Part shown: in pieces, positions 24,441 through 36,547 of the stretch | Position numbering within the stretch: the first letter of the stretch is position 1 | Layout of the letters: each line of letters opens with the position of its first letter | NCBI GenBank assembly: GCA_004764695.1 | Contig: SMSO01000006.1 | Span: 1,689,859 to 1,753,858, forward strand | DNA: 64,000 nt | Reading direction: 5' to 3' | Source: Schizochytrium sp. TIO01 | Taxonomy: Eukaryota; Protista; Bigyra: Labyrinthulomycetes | Position numbers and translations under genes: made by a program | Notes under the pieces: model-generated | The model's input: the letters and a program-made list of their open reading frames with translations, nothing else | Databases searched by the model: none | What the model was told of the DNA's origin: nothing

Positions 24441-26581
24441 TCTTCAGAACGCAGTTGCTTATGGCGAATCTCCTCGCAGTAGTCTGCCTGTTTCAGTCCT
24501 CAGACCAGCCTCGATCAACAGAGAAGCTGACCTTGCAATTTCAACCTAGCACACGTGTACAATATTCCTGCCGCACTCAACCAAATCGACCTGACCGGCC
24601 AATCTGGCGTCTCGAGCTCTTCCCAAAAGCAGCACAGCTCGTGAGTGCACCAGAGGCCTAGCAGCTGGAGAAACCTCTGTGAAGACCACCCGTCCCCGTG
24701 ACCTTCCCCGGCCACGCCGCGAAATGCTGTCGAGCAAACTCTTGCGCGCAAGGTTGATCGGCATCGGGTTTTGCTGCTGCTCTTCTTCTGCTGCTTCTTC
24801 TGTACTGTTCCATCGTACAAAAAGAAAAAAAAAAACAATAAAAAACAATAAAAAATTGCCGCCATCATCATAATAGCATTACTACAGAAAACTTCGTTCG
24901 CAGCATCATCATCGTCGTACCTTCCTTCCCATACGAACGTCTACTTACTGTTTCAGGAATATGGGTTGCGGGAGGAGTTGACGATTGCCAACCCGCGGGC
25001 CGCGGAGGAGGAGAAACACTTCTGGGAGGTCGTTGAAGAAGCAGGCGAACAAACACTCGAAAAGGGTTGTCAGGCTGTTTGGGGGATTATTTGGTTGATG
25101 AGGATGCACCACGTGAAAAAACCAGCAACCACAACACCCTCGAGAGCGCTCAAGCAGACCTGAAGGCCTCTCAGGTAGAGAAGTTGGCACAAAGAAGCCA
25201 CGTTTGAAGAAACTGGTGCGGGGTAACAGCTTGGAGAAAAAATCGGAGAACTCGTCGATGCTCTTCGCCTCCAAAAATAAAACAATGTCTTCTTGTTGAA
25301 GGGGCTTGATTGTTTTCAATGTTCGAAGCAAAGGCTCACTCACAGCTATTCGTAAGCTTGCGAAGAGCCCTGGCCTCAAGTTCACATTCTCTCATTGCTG
25401 GGGTGGCCTCGAGTCTGAAATTCCTCGTGAAGGCCCTCTTCGTAGGCACGTAAGTAGGGCACAATCGCGTGGATTTAGATTTAGCTTTAGAATTGCTTGG
25501 AAAACCATTCTAAAGCGCCACCGTCATGATGGGGTTAGCCAGGGCTTCTCTTTGCCTAATCTCTCGAGGAAGACAATGGATGCAAAAGAGAAGGTTTTGA
25601 TTCGCGGGTTCCTTTCGTAGACGGCCCCCACTCATCGACAAATTGATGCACAGAATCCTCGTGAGATACACTCACATGTCTGTACGTTCGTGAGTACTTG
25701 TGCCATCATGACGACCTGAAAATATTAGTTTAGAACAACCCCAAATTCTCCTCTAAAGGGTTGCGCAAAATGCGTTGTCCACACCGCGGCGCGGGATGTC
25801 TTTTCCCCAGTGTCTTTGAGATCACGATCTTTTTTTCTTGGGTTTGGTTGAGGTTTTGCATGATATTACCTGCTCACTTCTTGCGGAATACAGTTCGCGT
25901 TTGGAGTGGCTCTGGCCAAGGGCGAGAGGCCCTGAAGGCGCGTGGCTGGTGACGTGATAGGATAGTGCGTGCGGGACTTGGTCTGAGACGTGCGCGAGCT
26001 GGTTTCCGGTGGAAAAGAGGGAAAAGAAACAAGGAAAAACGTCGTGTGAGCAAGCAGACATTCTTTCAATCCTGACTTTGCTCCCTTCTTCGTTCTAGCG
26101 ACGGCTCCTCAACTTCTGCTGGTAGACCAGGAGAAAGCAGCTCTCCTGTAACCTCTGCTACCACTGCTGCAGGTGCTGGCGGTGCAGCGATCTTAGCCGT
26201 TCTGCAAGTGAAAACGCGAATCCTACCCTGGGTTGGCACAAGTGTTTCCCACCCAAAAGAAGAGTTTTTTAGTAAAAAGCAAAGAATTTACAAGGAAAGC
26301 TGAGCATATTCACGTCGGAGTGGTCCTTCCCCCCACTGGTACAAAGCTGCAAGCTGCAGCATATGTAATACTCGCGTGTGTATTCGAGCACTGCGCCCGA
26401 AGGAACTGGCTTAGTTGTGTTCCTATTTCAGAGGTGAATAGCCAACTGTAGAATTGCAATCTATTGAGGCAAAGTCAATACGTGTATTCTGAGAGTTGAA
26501 TGCACCTGCCTGGCAAAGCTTGATCTCGATCGTTAAGGGTCAAGTTTGTGCAGAAGAAGTGGGCACTGTTTAGTGAGAGCG

Positions 26582-29500
26582 ATGGATGATGAAGAAGATG
26601 ATTGGGAGATGGAGTTGGAGCTCCATTACTCCACAGCACAGGCATGGCTAGAACGGGCTGCTGAGGCCAAGAAGAAAAACTCTAACTTTGACGAAGTCAG
26701 CTATGTGGAAAGCGCCATTGAAGCCTTTAAAGAAGCGCTGTTGTACGAAAATGATGCGAACAACAAGAACAAGTTGTCACAACAAATTAAAGAACTTGAA
26801 ACTCGAGTCAATAGCCTTGGCAAGATGGTGTCAAAACTCCCAGAGGTAGATGAGCTTGTGGATCGAGCCATGCGCCTCGATAAAGATGGGTCAAACGACA
26901 AAGAGGCACAAGCGCTGTACCGCCGCGCTGCCCAAGGATACCAGCAAGCGCTCAAACGACCCTCCGTTCTCAAATATCAAGAGCGTAAATGGCGTAGCCT
27001 TCATCAACAGACTCTTGCCCGTGCAGAAGACCTTAAGAAACGAGCCGTAGGGAAAGAGTTTGCACAAAGCACAGCTGAGGCCCTAGCAGACTCGTCCAAT
27101 GAGAAATACACCAGGGAGGAAAAGCGCGTCCTCTTGGAGTCGTCTAAAATAAATGGCGTACTCATGCAGCCTTGGGAAATCGCCACGCAGGAATCATGGA
27201 AGTTTACATTCCCGGAACCCTTTCGAGACCCTGACGGTAAAATCCCACTGAGTCAGTCACAGCGCGAAAGATGCCAGGGCTGGGCTCGTCCTCGCCAAAT
27301 GATGGAACGTACTCCCTGTATTCTAAGCAAGACGCCCTCTCCACTCGATGTCATTCAGGATTCAGTCACGGATTGCAGCTTTCTTAGTTCTCTGGCCATT
27401 GCTGCCCATCATGAATGGAAATGGGGTAAGCGTCTCATCTCTGGAATTATATTTCCTCAAGATAGTAACGGGTGGCCTGCGTATAACCCAGATGGAAAAT
27501 ACATTATCAAGTTGTGGTGGAATGGAACTGCTCGGCAAGTCATCATTGATGATTTCTTCCCTGTCACTGAGCAGCGTGAATGGTTATGCTCTCACTCTCG
27601 ACGCAAAAATGAATTGTGGGTTAGCCTCATCGAAAAGGCATATATGAAGCTAAATGGTGGCTATAATTTTCCCGGCAGTGTATCAGGGATTGATGTCTAC
27701 GCACTCACAGGATGGATCCCAGAAGCTCACACGCTTTCTTCCTTAGCTGCAGAAAGCAAAGAATTCGCTTGGAACAAGTGCATATCAGCATCTCGACTTG
27801 GTGATGTGCTCATGACTATCTCGACCTCAGACTTTGATGACGAAGTCGCAGACCAGGTTGGTCTTGTCTCATTGCACGCCTATGCTATTCTGAATGTGCG
27901 AGAACTTGCTGATGGTACACGTTTACTTCTTTTAAAGAATCCCTGGAGGAGAGTGCGCTGGAAAGGTCATTTCAGCCCTTGGGATGATGAAAACTGGACG
28001 CCAGAGAGGCTCGCCGAAGTTGGGTATCGTCTCGAAAAAGCAAAACAAACCGATGACGGAGTCTTTTACATTGACTTTGACTCGTTACTTGACTTCTTCC
28101 ACATCCTTTACCTTAACTGGAACCCAGATCTCTTCAAACATAAGTTATTTCTGCATCGTTCATGGCCTTCCTCAGTCAATGAACCTGATGATGCACTTAC
28201 AGTAGCCCGCAACCCGCAGTTCCAGCTTCTCATCGATGATGTGCGCTCAAGTGAGCACAAAATGGGAAGCGACACGCACGTCTATTCGCTCCCAGAGGCG
28301 CCTTCGCACCAGGTGTCCCATCAGCGTTCATTTGGCCGAAAGGATTATGCTGCAAACGATAGTGATGAAGAAAGTGACGCTCATTCATCATCGAGGGCAC
28401 GACATTTATCTGGCACTAGAAATCTCGACGCAGACCAAGCTGCAATCGGAATGCTCAATAAACACGCGCAGGTAGTGGACCTTGGACAATCAGAAAGTGG
28501 AGAAACAACAACTGTTCGTCCTGATCAAGTAGCTAGTACAGATAAAGTTGGGTTGGTTTGGATTTTACTCACTCGGCATGTTGTGCATAACACTGAGCTC
28601 TTACGACAAGACCCAGGGAGCTTTATGGCACTCAACGTCTATGACAGGAGGCACGGCACGCGGGTTTACTATCCGGAGAACCCGCTAATACGTGGAACGT
28701 ACACAAATAACCCTCACAACCTCATTTCCCTCTCAGTTGGGCCTGGTCAGCATGCATATACGCTTGTTGTGTCCCTTTACGAGAAACTGCGATCTATGAA
28801 CTACACGCTCGTCGTTTATGCGTCAGAACACTGTGTTAACCCTGTTCTTCGAGCGTTGCCAATGTCCATGCAGTATTCAAAGGAAATTGATGGAGTTTGG
28901 AAAAGACACTCCGCTGGAGGTTGCCCGAAATATCCGACTTATATGCTCAATCCACAGTATTCTATTACCTTTGAAGAAGATTGCGAGATGCTGCATTTGC
29001 ACATGTTTGCGAACAAAGAGTACCCCGTCAATATACGTCTTTTCAATAAACCTACAGGCCAAAGACGAGTTGACAGCCCTGATCCACGAACTCTTGTGGC
29101 ATCGTCCGGCGCATATCGAAAAGGCTTCTGTATGCTTGAACAGCATAATCTCAAAGCGGGGACCCCATACACCATCGTTGTTAGCACGTTCCTGCCTTCA
29201 CAGTTGGGTTCGTTTTTATTGCACACAGAAGCTGATGTTCCATTCCACGTTGAACCTGTAGCAAATGAGGCAGAACATCTCGATTATCGGCAAGTCATTC
29301 CTGGATCATGGAGCACTGAAGATGGCACTGATGGTGGATGTCCAAATTTTGGAACTTATGCATACAACCCAATCGTTCGGATACATTGCGAGGCTCCCTC
29401 CACGGAATTACTTGTGCGTCTACGTTATTTACCAGAGACTGAAGATGCTACATGCTCAGAATGGCCTTCTCTAAATGTTTCTATTTTTAGTCAGCCGGTC

Positions 29501-30019
29501 TCCTCGCGTCAAGCCCAAGACGCTATCTACGTGTCAAACGGTGGAATATATACAAATCCTCCTTGCGGTACGCTCATCGAAGAATGTCAGTTAAAAAGGG
29601 GCACATATTACCTTGTGCCATCAACCTTTGAGCCAATGGAAGGCGATTACATGCTCGTTTTGTACTCGTCGCAGCCTATTGAGGCCTTTTATGAACCTTC
29701 TCGTGGTCCACCGCCGCCAGGGCTCCGGAAGCCAGTCCCGCCCAAACCCCCCAAGCCTGGGGCTGGGGCTGAGGCATACCCTATATCAAATGACAACGTA
29801 GAGAACACTATGAATGGCGCTGATGGTGATGGAAATAATGGCGACAACTTTGACCCGTCAGCTCCTGCACCCGCCTATCCGCTCGAGCCCTCAGAGGATT
29901 CTACCCCTTCCTATGTTTCTGTTGCAAAGGACCTCCTTGCGTCCATGAACGCTGAGGAGGCTCAGAAGCAAGATTCTGTAGGTGAAACAACTCAGCCCAG
30001 AAATCTTACCCATCTTTAG
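26582..30019 (+). CDS. CAPN7: Calpain-7/PalB-like cysteine protease (MIT domains, CysPc, tandem domain III)
   Basis: Catalytic motifs QDSVTDCSFLSSL (Cys), LVSLHAYAIL (His) and LLKNPW (Asn). Also ELWVSLIEKAYMKLNGGYNFPGS, two N-terminal MIT-like helical bundles and GGC...NPQY domain III motifs. First ATG at 26582. Confidence 0.92.
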   Translation: MDDEEDDWEMELELHYSTAQAWLERAAEAKKKNSNFDEVSYVESAIEAFKEALLYENDANNKNKLSQQIKELETRVNSLGKMVSKLPEVDELVDRAMRLDKDGSNDKEAQALYRRAAQGYQQALKRPSVLKYQERKWRSLHQQTLARAEDLKKRAVGKEFAQSTAEALADSSNEKYTREEKRVLLESSKINGVLMQPWEIATQESWKFTFPEPFRDPDGKIPLSQSQRERCQGWARPRQMMERTPCILSKTPSPLDVIQDSVTDCSFLSSLAIAAHHEWKWGKRLISGIIFPQDSNGWPAYNPDGKYIIKLWWNGTARQVIIDDFFPVTEQREWLCSHSRRKNELWVSLIEKAYMKLNGGYNFPGSVSGIDVYALTGWIPEAHTLSSLAAESKEFAWNKCISASRLGDVLMTISTSDFDDEVADQVGLVSLHAYAILNVRELADGTRLLLLKNPWRRVRWKGHFSPWDDENWTPERLAEVGYRLEKAKQTDDGVFYIDFDSLLDFFHILYLNWNPDLFKHKLFLHRSWPSSVNEPDDALTVARNPQFQLLIDDVRSSEHKMGSDTHVYSLPEAPSHQVSHQRSFGRKDYAANDSDEESDAHSSSRARHLSGTRNLDADQAAIGMLNKHAQVVDLGQSESGETTTVRPDQVASTDKVGLVWILLTRHVVHNTELLRQDPGSFMALNVYDRRHGTRVYYPENPLIRGTYTNNPHNLISLSVGPGQHAYTLVVSLYEKLRSMNYTLVVYASEHCVNPVLRALPMSMQYSKEIDGVWKRHSAGGCPKYPTYMLNPQYSITFEEDCEMLHLHMFANKEYPVNIRLFNKPTGQRRVDSPDPRTLVASSGAYRKGFCMLEQHNLKAGTPYTIVVSTFLPSQLGSFLLHTEADVPFHVEPVANEAEHLDYRQVIPGSWSTEDGTDGGCPNFGTYAYNPIVRIHCEAPSTELLVRLRYLPETEDATCSEWPSLNVSIFSQPVSSRQAQDAIYVSNGGIYTNPPCGTLIEECQLKRGTYYLVPSTFEPMEGDYMLVLYSSQPIEAFYEPSRGPPPPGLRKPVPPKPPKPGAGAEAYPISNDNVENTMNGADGDGNNGDNFDPSAPAPAYPLEPSEDSTPSYVSVAKDLLASMNAEEAQKQDSVGETTQPRNLTHL

Positions 30020-30165
30020 GTGATGAATTTGCATTTGAAAAGGCCAACACTTACATTACAAATATACATACACCGACTCAGATCACTACAGCAAAGAGTA
30101 CATTTTTAGACATTCTTACTCTAATTTATAACTAGACTTCATGATTAGTATAAATATTCCTGACA

Positions 30166-33100
30166 CTACTGCAACGCCTGCCAGTAAGCTCGCAAGCGAA
30201 GAAACACCCGCTGAAGAAGTACACGACGGTGATGGGCCTCTGCTACAATATAACGACGCCCGAGTGTCGAGTAATAAGATGTTAGGGTTGCCCAACACGA
30301 AAAGTGCCTCTGCAGCCTTTTCTTGGTAAGCCTGCTTTGTAGAGTAAATTCATAAGCCTGGCTTGCTGAGGCTTCGCAGCGAATGTGCTGAAATGCAAAT
30401 TTTAGCTGTACGTGAGCCCACCTCTCGCTCATTGTACGAATGGCACTTTGGCGTTCTCTTGCAAGCTGCCTTGTGATGACTAATGCGTCCCAACCAATCC
30501 GCAATAGATGTGCGTGACGTGCATTTGCGAAAAATTCGTGTTGTCTACTTGACACAAGTTTCCAAGTTGAAAAGCTTTGCTTAAGTAGCCTCTGCTTGTA
30601 GTATTGCACGCTCATGTCATGCGACTGACTCCTCCATACTTGAAGAGCTCTCCATACTCGACGTCGTAGGAGCAAAGACCAATGACGTGCAGCACGATGA
30701 TTGTTTTCTTGCTCTGAAATAAGTTCCTGGCGTAACCGTTTGACTGTGCTGACACGTACGGCCCAACAAGAGAATGCCTTGCGAAGAATAATAATATGAT
30801 GTACTCCAAGACAGAATTGCTTCCAGACAGATTTTAACAAGAAATGCGTCGCCACCTTATTGTTCTCATCTCTAACTTTTTGAGACTGCACAGTAGTATT
30901 GAACCAAGCATTGACAACTTTCCGTAAAAGGTGCCTATCTCGGCATATTTGCTTCAAGGCAGACCAGTATTTACATAGTTCACGGTTACGTTCTTCAGTC
31001 ACAAAACGAGCAAAGCGTCGCCAACCAAAGCGCAGGAATACTCGTCGTAATCGATACTGCAAGACTCTATATTTCCAGAAAAGCCAATACTTTCGCTTTT
31101 GTCTATCAAATAATGTATTGGTAACCACTCGTATATTCTTGCGGTCTTCCACACGTTCACGAAAACGCTGCCATCCACACCTAAGTTGGAACTCTTTGAT
31201 GTTCCTAATGTGGTAGCTATTTGCTCGAGCTCGACTAACATTATCCTGTAACCGTCTGAGAATACGCTGAGCATGGCAGGCACGTTGCAAATACTTTCTC
31301 ACAAATATTGCATCTTCTCGAGAAGTTGTACATCTCTGTGCAAGTCCAGGTGCCACCGTTACAAGGTAGGAATACGCTACCTCCCTGCGTCGAAGTGCCT
31401 CAAGCGCAAGATTGCGCCATGTTTTGAATATGGCTTGCAAATGCCTCAATCGTTGTGCCAACCACTCTTGCTGAAGTTGCGAAGCTACTTCTATCCAATA
31501 TGAAAAGTATCGTCTGTAGAGGATCTTGTGTTCTAAAGAAGTACATATGTTACTAGCTGTTTGAAAGCGTTTGCAATACAGTGTATAACGCATCCAAATC
31601 TTAAAAGCGCTCCGTTGATGCACATAATATGCTAGTAAGTGAAAACAACGCTCCCGGACGAATCTTGGGTGGGCTTCAAACTTCCAGGCATACCAAAAGC
31701 GTCGCAATAGGTAAATGGACCACGTGCGAATGAGGAAATTTACCCGTGCATATCTCCACCAGCGCCAGAGCTCACGACGCTGCCTAAGTTGCCTTACATC
31801 GCCCTCTCGCTGTTTTAACCAGACCGATATCCGAGCATTAGCTCGAAGACGGGCTAAAACCTTTTGTTTATTCTCGACGCGTTTTTCGATTTTGAAACCG
31901 GCAACTAATACCTTCCGATGCTGAATCATGCGCGTGCGAATTCCAGGAAGAAGACAACGGAAACCATTTCGCAAATTCCACATCCGATGAAACTGATCCG
32001 AGGTACGTCTGTGTTTTTTTTCTCTGGTAAAATTAGTCCAACAGGATAAGCTCTGCCGAACCTGTACGTGTTGTAGACGATTTGAAGCAAAAACAACTCT
32101 TTCGGATAACGATCTATCTTTGCAGCAACGCAAACGTTGAAACGCTTGCCGTAATTTAAGATTCTGAAGTAAAGATTTACCTGTTTGTACCCGCTGATTT
32201 AAAGTTTGATGGGTACGTAACTTTTGAAATGCTCTTTTAGCACGTTTACCCTGTACGGCTTTTGCCAGAGTATTTTCACGATGACGGTGCACACATCGTT
32301 GCTTGAAGCACTTCATAGCCTGAATAAGTTTGCGTTCTTGTAGGCTTAATTCTATTTGTTTGGTCGTTGTGATAAAATAATGTTCAGCACGAAGTTGCTT
32401 CCATGCAACTTGAAGCCAGTAATGGCGGTACTGATTTCTAGCTTTGCTCTGGATCTCAGCATTAAGTTTGGATCTAGCTGCGTTAGCTTTCAATGTTCTA
32501 AGATATGTTCGCAAGCTCTGTGTATTTTTTTTGCCAATATATTTGCTGCAAATGCCTAACGTCGCTCGCGTACGATGGGCAGCTTCTGAATTCTTTTGTA
32601 ATCTATGAACAGACTTTTGCAAGCTATGATGCCGCCTAAATTTATCCGCTCGAGCTAAATACGTTTCTCTGCACCAACAGTCAAGGTATACTCGAAGGCA
32701 ATGACGGCGGCGCGCCTGAAGTTCGTCAGCCAGAATACTAAAAGCATAGTGTAGAGCTTGCCTACGTAAGATACGTCGTAGCTTGGTATGTTGCTGCCAC
32801 TGCCTAAAGATGATTCGCCTTTGCAAAACACTATTTTTATCTTTTGTTTGTTGAATACGTACAGCTATATTATAAACGCGTCGCCAATAATCTAGATATT
32901 TCCGTGCTTCATTGCGTTTACGGCTAGCGATAATAGAAGATGATAAGGACCGATAGTGGCGGCGTCGTGAAGCATGATGTCTTAAATCGTTAAAAGCAAT
33001 AGTGCATTTCTTGACTCGACAAGCTGTGTTCCAACAAATGACCTGCTGCTGTAGGAACATGCGATGTTCATGAGCTTTATTCCACCGTACCCAAGCAGAT

Positions 33101-34407
33101 CGTAGAACCCGATTCGTAAAGTAAAGATGCGCTAGCTGATGCTGTAGAAATGAACGACGCCATTGTGTAAATACAGGCCGTGCAACCAAAATAACACGAG
33201 CGGAGTGTAATAGAGCAGATTCATGTGCTTTTTGTTGTTCTATAAGATGCTGAAAGCTTTTAAATCCGCGAGACAAGAGCCTGCGACGTGCAATAATTCC
33301 GGCTCTTTGACTTTGCTTCTTAATGAATTGTACATACAAAGACCATAATGAAAAGCTAACATGTAGCATTTTAAAACTCGCGGCGGCTAAACGAAGGTTG
33401 TGCACTGCACGAGCTGCTTGCCGCCATCGCTCAAAATGAGCCAAAAGAAACCATCGTTCAGCGACAAGTTCCCGAGCTTTAGCTTGCCGGCATTGTATGA
33501 TAAAGCGAGACCATGCGTAAAAAAAACGTCGTTGTCTGATTTGTTGCATTATTGAGAGTAAGCGTTGATGGCGATGGCTTTGTTTTGTTAGAAAGGCTAG
33601 TCGCCTTAATGTTTTACGCTTACGTTGCAGCGCTTCAAATTCGCATAAACTTCTTTGGACTTGTCTGTAACGAGCATTTTTATACAACTTGCCAAATGCA
33701 TAGAAGCAGCGAAATTGCTCAAGCTGCAACGCTACATATCTTTCATATTTTAAAAATAATTCACGTTGTCTTCTTGTCTCGCGGTTGCTGATAAGCTTCT
33801 CCACACCCTTCTGAAGAAGTGTCCTAGTTCGAAAAACATCACATGCATCAAGAACAGTTTGCTTACGCTGTCTTTCATGAACACTAGCTAACCACGTTCT
33901 GAAGCATCGGTGCACCCTCCAGGCATCAACAAGAGCACAGCAGTGGGCAATAATAGGACGGTGAATTCTTGGTATTGTATACATACGTGGACCTCCAGTG
34001 GATTCGATCCAATTTAAAAGTGCTTGAATCTGCATAGGATGTCTCAAGACTGGATGAAGCATCATCTTTGTATCTCTCCACTCATGTAGGTAAGATCTTT
34101 GCATATTTTCTGAGAATTCCTCATCTTTCCATGAGGTTGACATCGAAAACGATCCCTTGGGACTTGCTCCTAAATATAAACTAGAATTCGTCTTCCACTC
34201 TTGATCATATCCCCCGCTACAATGAACTTGCGACGAAGCATCTCGAAATTCCGACGGCGTACCTATATCTATTAAGTTACCCACGTGTCGAACTCGACTT
34301 TCAGAGAACCTCCTTTGTGGCCATCGGGCATCCTCTTCATTTGACTCGGTAAAGACTTCCTTTGGGAGCTCGAGTAGACCGTTATGAATCCAACCTCGTG
34401 AGGTCAT
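30166..34407 (-). CDS. Sfi1-like centrin-binding repeat protein (1413 aa)
   Basis: Long basic helical protein with many L..F/W..W[RK] repeats, e.g. AHLYFTNRVLRSAWVRWN, YYKQRLLKQSFSTWK, RRIIFRQWQ and LQAIFKTWR. Confidence 0.7.
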   Translation of the reverse strand: MTSRGWIHNGLLELPKEVFTESNEEDARWPQRRFSESRVRHVGNLIDIGTPSEFRDASSQVHCSGGYDQEWKTNSSLYLGASPKGSFSMSTSWKDEEFSENMQRSYLHEWRDTKMMLHPVLRHPMQIQALLNWIESTGGPRMYTIPRIHRPIIAHCCALVDAWRVHRCFRTWLASVHERQRKQTVLDACDVFRTRTLLQKGVEKLISNRETRRQRELFLKYERYVALQLEQFRCFYAFGKLYKNARYRQVQRSLCEFEALQRKRKTLRRLAFLTKQSHRHQRLLSIMQQIRQRRFFYAWSRFIIQCRQAKARELVAERWFLLAHFERWRQAARAVHNLRLAAASFKMLHVSFSLWSLYVQFIKKQSQRAGIIARRRLLSRGFKSFQHLIEQQKAHESALLHSARVILVARPVFTQWRRSFLQHQLAHLYFTNRVLRSAWVRWNKAHEHRMFLQQQVICWNTACRVKKCTIAFNDLRHHASRRRHYRSLSSSIIASRKRNEARKYLDYWRRVYNIAVRIQQTKDKNSVLQRRIIFRQWQQHTKLRRILRRQALHYAFSILADELQARRRHCLRVYLDCWCRETYLARADKFRRHHSLQKSVHRLQKNSEAAHRTRATLGICSKYIGKKNTQSLRTYLRTLKANAARSKLNAEIQSKARNQYRHYWLQVAWKQLRAEHYFITTTKQIELSLQERKLIQAMKCFKQRCVHRHRENTLAKAVQGKRAKRAFQKLRTHQTLNQRVQTGKSLLQNLKLRQAFQRLRCCKDRSLSERVVFASNRLQHVQVRQSLSCWTNFTREKKHRRTSDQFHRMWNLRNGFRCLLPGIRTRMIQHRKVLVAGFKIEKRVENKQKVLARLRANARISVWLKQREGDVRQLRQRRELWRWWRYARVNFLIRTWSIYLLRRFWYAWKFEAHPRFVRERCFHLLAYYVHQRSAFKIWMRYTLYCKRFQTASNICTSLEHKILYRRYFSYWIEVASQLQQEWLAQRLRHLQAIFKTWRNLALEALRRREVAYSYLVTVAPGLAQRCTTSREDAIFVRKYLQRACHAQRILRRLQDNVSRARANSYHIRNIKEFQLRCGWQRFRERVEDRKNIRVVTNTLFDRQKRKYWLFWKYRVLQYRLRRVFLRFGWRRFARFVTEERNRELCKYWSALKQICRDRHLLRKVVNAWFNTTVQSQKVRDENNKVATHFLLKSVWKQFCLGVHHIIILRKAFSCWAVRVSTVKRLRQELISEQENNHRAARHWSLLLRRRVWRALQVWRSQSHDMSVQYYKQRLLKQSFSTWKLVSSRQHEFFANARHAHLLRIGWDALVITRQLARERQSAIRTMSERWAHVQLKFAFQHIRCEASASQAYEFTLQSRLTKKRLQRHFSCWATLTSYYSTLGRRYIVAEAHHRRVLLQRVFLRLRAYWQALQ

Positions 34408-35266
34408 CTTTAAACGTCTACTTCTAGCCTCACGAAGCCCCTAGCCAGAAGCCTCCACGGCAGCCGAGGGCCAAACAGCCCTCGAGCTGCCTCGACACGA
34501 CCTTTATCACCGCGCAAGGTTCCGTCAATAATTGTATTATTGTTCGGGTCTCGGGAGCATTGCCAATATGATTATATGATGTTAATATGACTTATTGAAA
34601 GAGCAGCGTGGGTCATTATTGACCTTGGAAAGTGCACACGAACTTGGCAACAGCATCAAAACCAGTGAGAAAGCAATCAACGCGTTGAGCTCAATAATCT
34701 ATATGTAGATTCATAGCTATCCTCAACCTTTCGAATAGATGTCAGTGCCTCCATGGGGGTATCATTTGGACTAGCCAGCTTTAAATTTTGTTTCAACTCT
34801 GACGGCTTCACGGTGAGCTTCTGAACGTTCTTTTATTGCAAGCTCTAAACAAATGAAGACTCTTAATCGCAACAAAGGTGATGCAACATCCGAGTGGAAA
34901 CAACCCTGCTGTAACATGCGTGCAAGTTTTCTGTTTGTATCGTTCCATTCACTTGCAGGACCCTGACCTGCAATGCAGACAACGCTTGATGGGCTGTAGT
35001 GGCTGAGGCTCATCGCTGAGGCAGACCTGGGAGCCTTCCTTTTGCTTAAGTCCTACGAATACATAGATTCATAAAAGTCTATAGCCGATATGAGGGGAGA
35101 ATAGAGCAACTGGGGGTTCAAGCGATGTTGAAGGGACGCCAGTGTCAGCAAAACCAGAACTCCGGCCGGAGATATTCCATACCTATACCTAGCGAGAATT
35201 GACGCTATAGATAAATTTCTTCTAAATTCCAGGTCGCTGTACCATCTATCTTTGTACTACATCGTC

Positions 35267-35860
35267 ATGAGTGTTGAGCAGAAGCAACAGGAGCCTGAGG
35301 GCAAAGCAAACATTGCCTTGCATAAGATTCACCAGGAGAAACGCGAGGATCAAGCTCGCCACCAAGGCCGTCTTGAGGTTCGCCTTGGAGCAGCTCTTGC
35401 AGCCACTGTTATTGGCCTGTGGCGTTCTCATGGCCTAGTGAAGGGTCGCCTTGGAGACACTGTGAAAAGCGATCGGTTTGTATTTTTTGCTTTCAATGTC
35501 TTCGAGTCTGCTGTAAATGCTAGTGCTGCGTTCTTCCTTCTTGCAGCGCCAAGCTATACAGCCAGCTTGTTGAGCCCAACCATCAAGGATCACAAGGCAT
35601 TAGAGCACCCTGCCACTCGGTTTTGTCTTCGTCTTTTTGGAGCCACAGAATTTCTAATGGCTAGCCTCTTTGCCTTTGCTCTCAAGCCTTCAAATGCCAA
35701 GCCATTTCTACGTATTATCTTGGGTGGGGATGTACTCCGTCTGGTGCTGCTTCTTGGGTATCTTGCTGATAAGCCTACAAATATCATTGGCCCTGCTGTG
35801 ATTACGCATTTCGGGACTATCTTTTCTGTCATTCTCGCAAAGCTCGTCTACCTCTATTAA
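35267..35860 (+). CDS. Multi-pass membrane protein, hypothetical (~197 aa)
   Basis: Open frame with 4-5 hydrophobic segments; first ATG at 35267. Confidence 0.7.
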   Translation: MSVEQKQQEPEGKANIALHKIHQEKREDQARHQGRLEVRLGAALAATVIGLWRSHGLVKGRLGDTVKSDRFVFFAFNVFESAVNASAAFFLLAAPSYTASLLSPTIKDHKALEHPATRFCLRLFGATEFLMASLFAFALKPSNAKPFLRIILGGDVLRLVLLLGYLADKPTNIIGPAVITHFGTIFSVILAKLVYLY

Positions 35861-36547
35861 TGTCGCTGCCTTCATCTGTAAACTCTCAACCGAATTTCTT
35901 GTGCCCTTGTCACAAGTGTAGCGCGCATTAACATTGTCTACTGATCTGTTTTGACTTGAGTGTCATCCAGGTCCAAAAATTGATAAACATAACCTCTGAC
36001 TCATCTGTGCGTTCATTTCAATCTCGCTTTCATTCTTGCATCATCGAATAGCATAATTTTTTAATTTTTTTTACAACAATTCATATGGCTAGTCTTGCAA
36101 GCTTGATAAAATACCCGTCCTGCACAATAAGTATAAGCTCCTCAGAGTTTTGACTTTCTCCACAGCCCCCATCCACTGCCGCGTCAAATGAAGAGATTGC
36201 TTTCTGAGCAAGCAAGCAAAGCACTCTCGGGAGCTCTCTGCTTCCCGGCCTTCTTCTACAGGAACTATGTAGTTACTGGTAGTATTAAGTACATGTAGGC
36301 TTAGTAACATACTTTTTGCATGTACAGAGAAGAGGGGTAGGTATTACTTTAGGCAAGTTCATTGCAAAGCAACTCTCGCAATTCATTGTTGAGGGCTCCT
36401 CAAAAGCACCCACGGAAAGGAGGTCGTGCTGGCCAGCATACTCCTTAGAGCCTGTGTCGGCGCCCTGAACTAGGATTGGAAAAGCAACTGATCGTGCGAG
36501 GGGATAGAGAGAGAGAGAGAGTCGTTGATTGGCCGACCCGAGGCACA

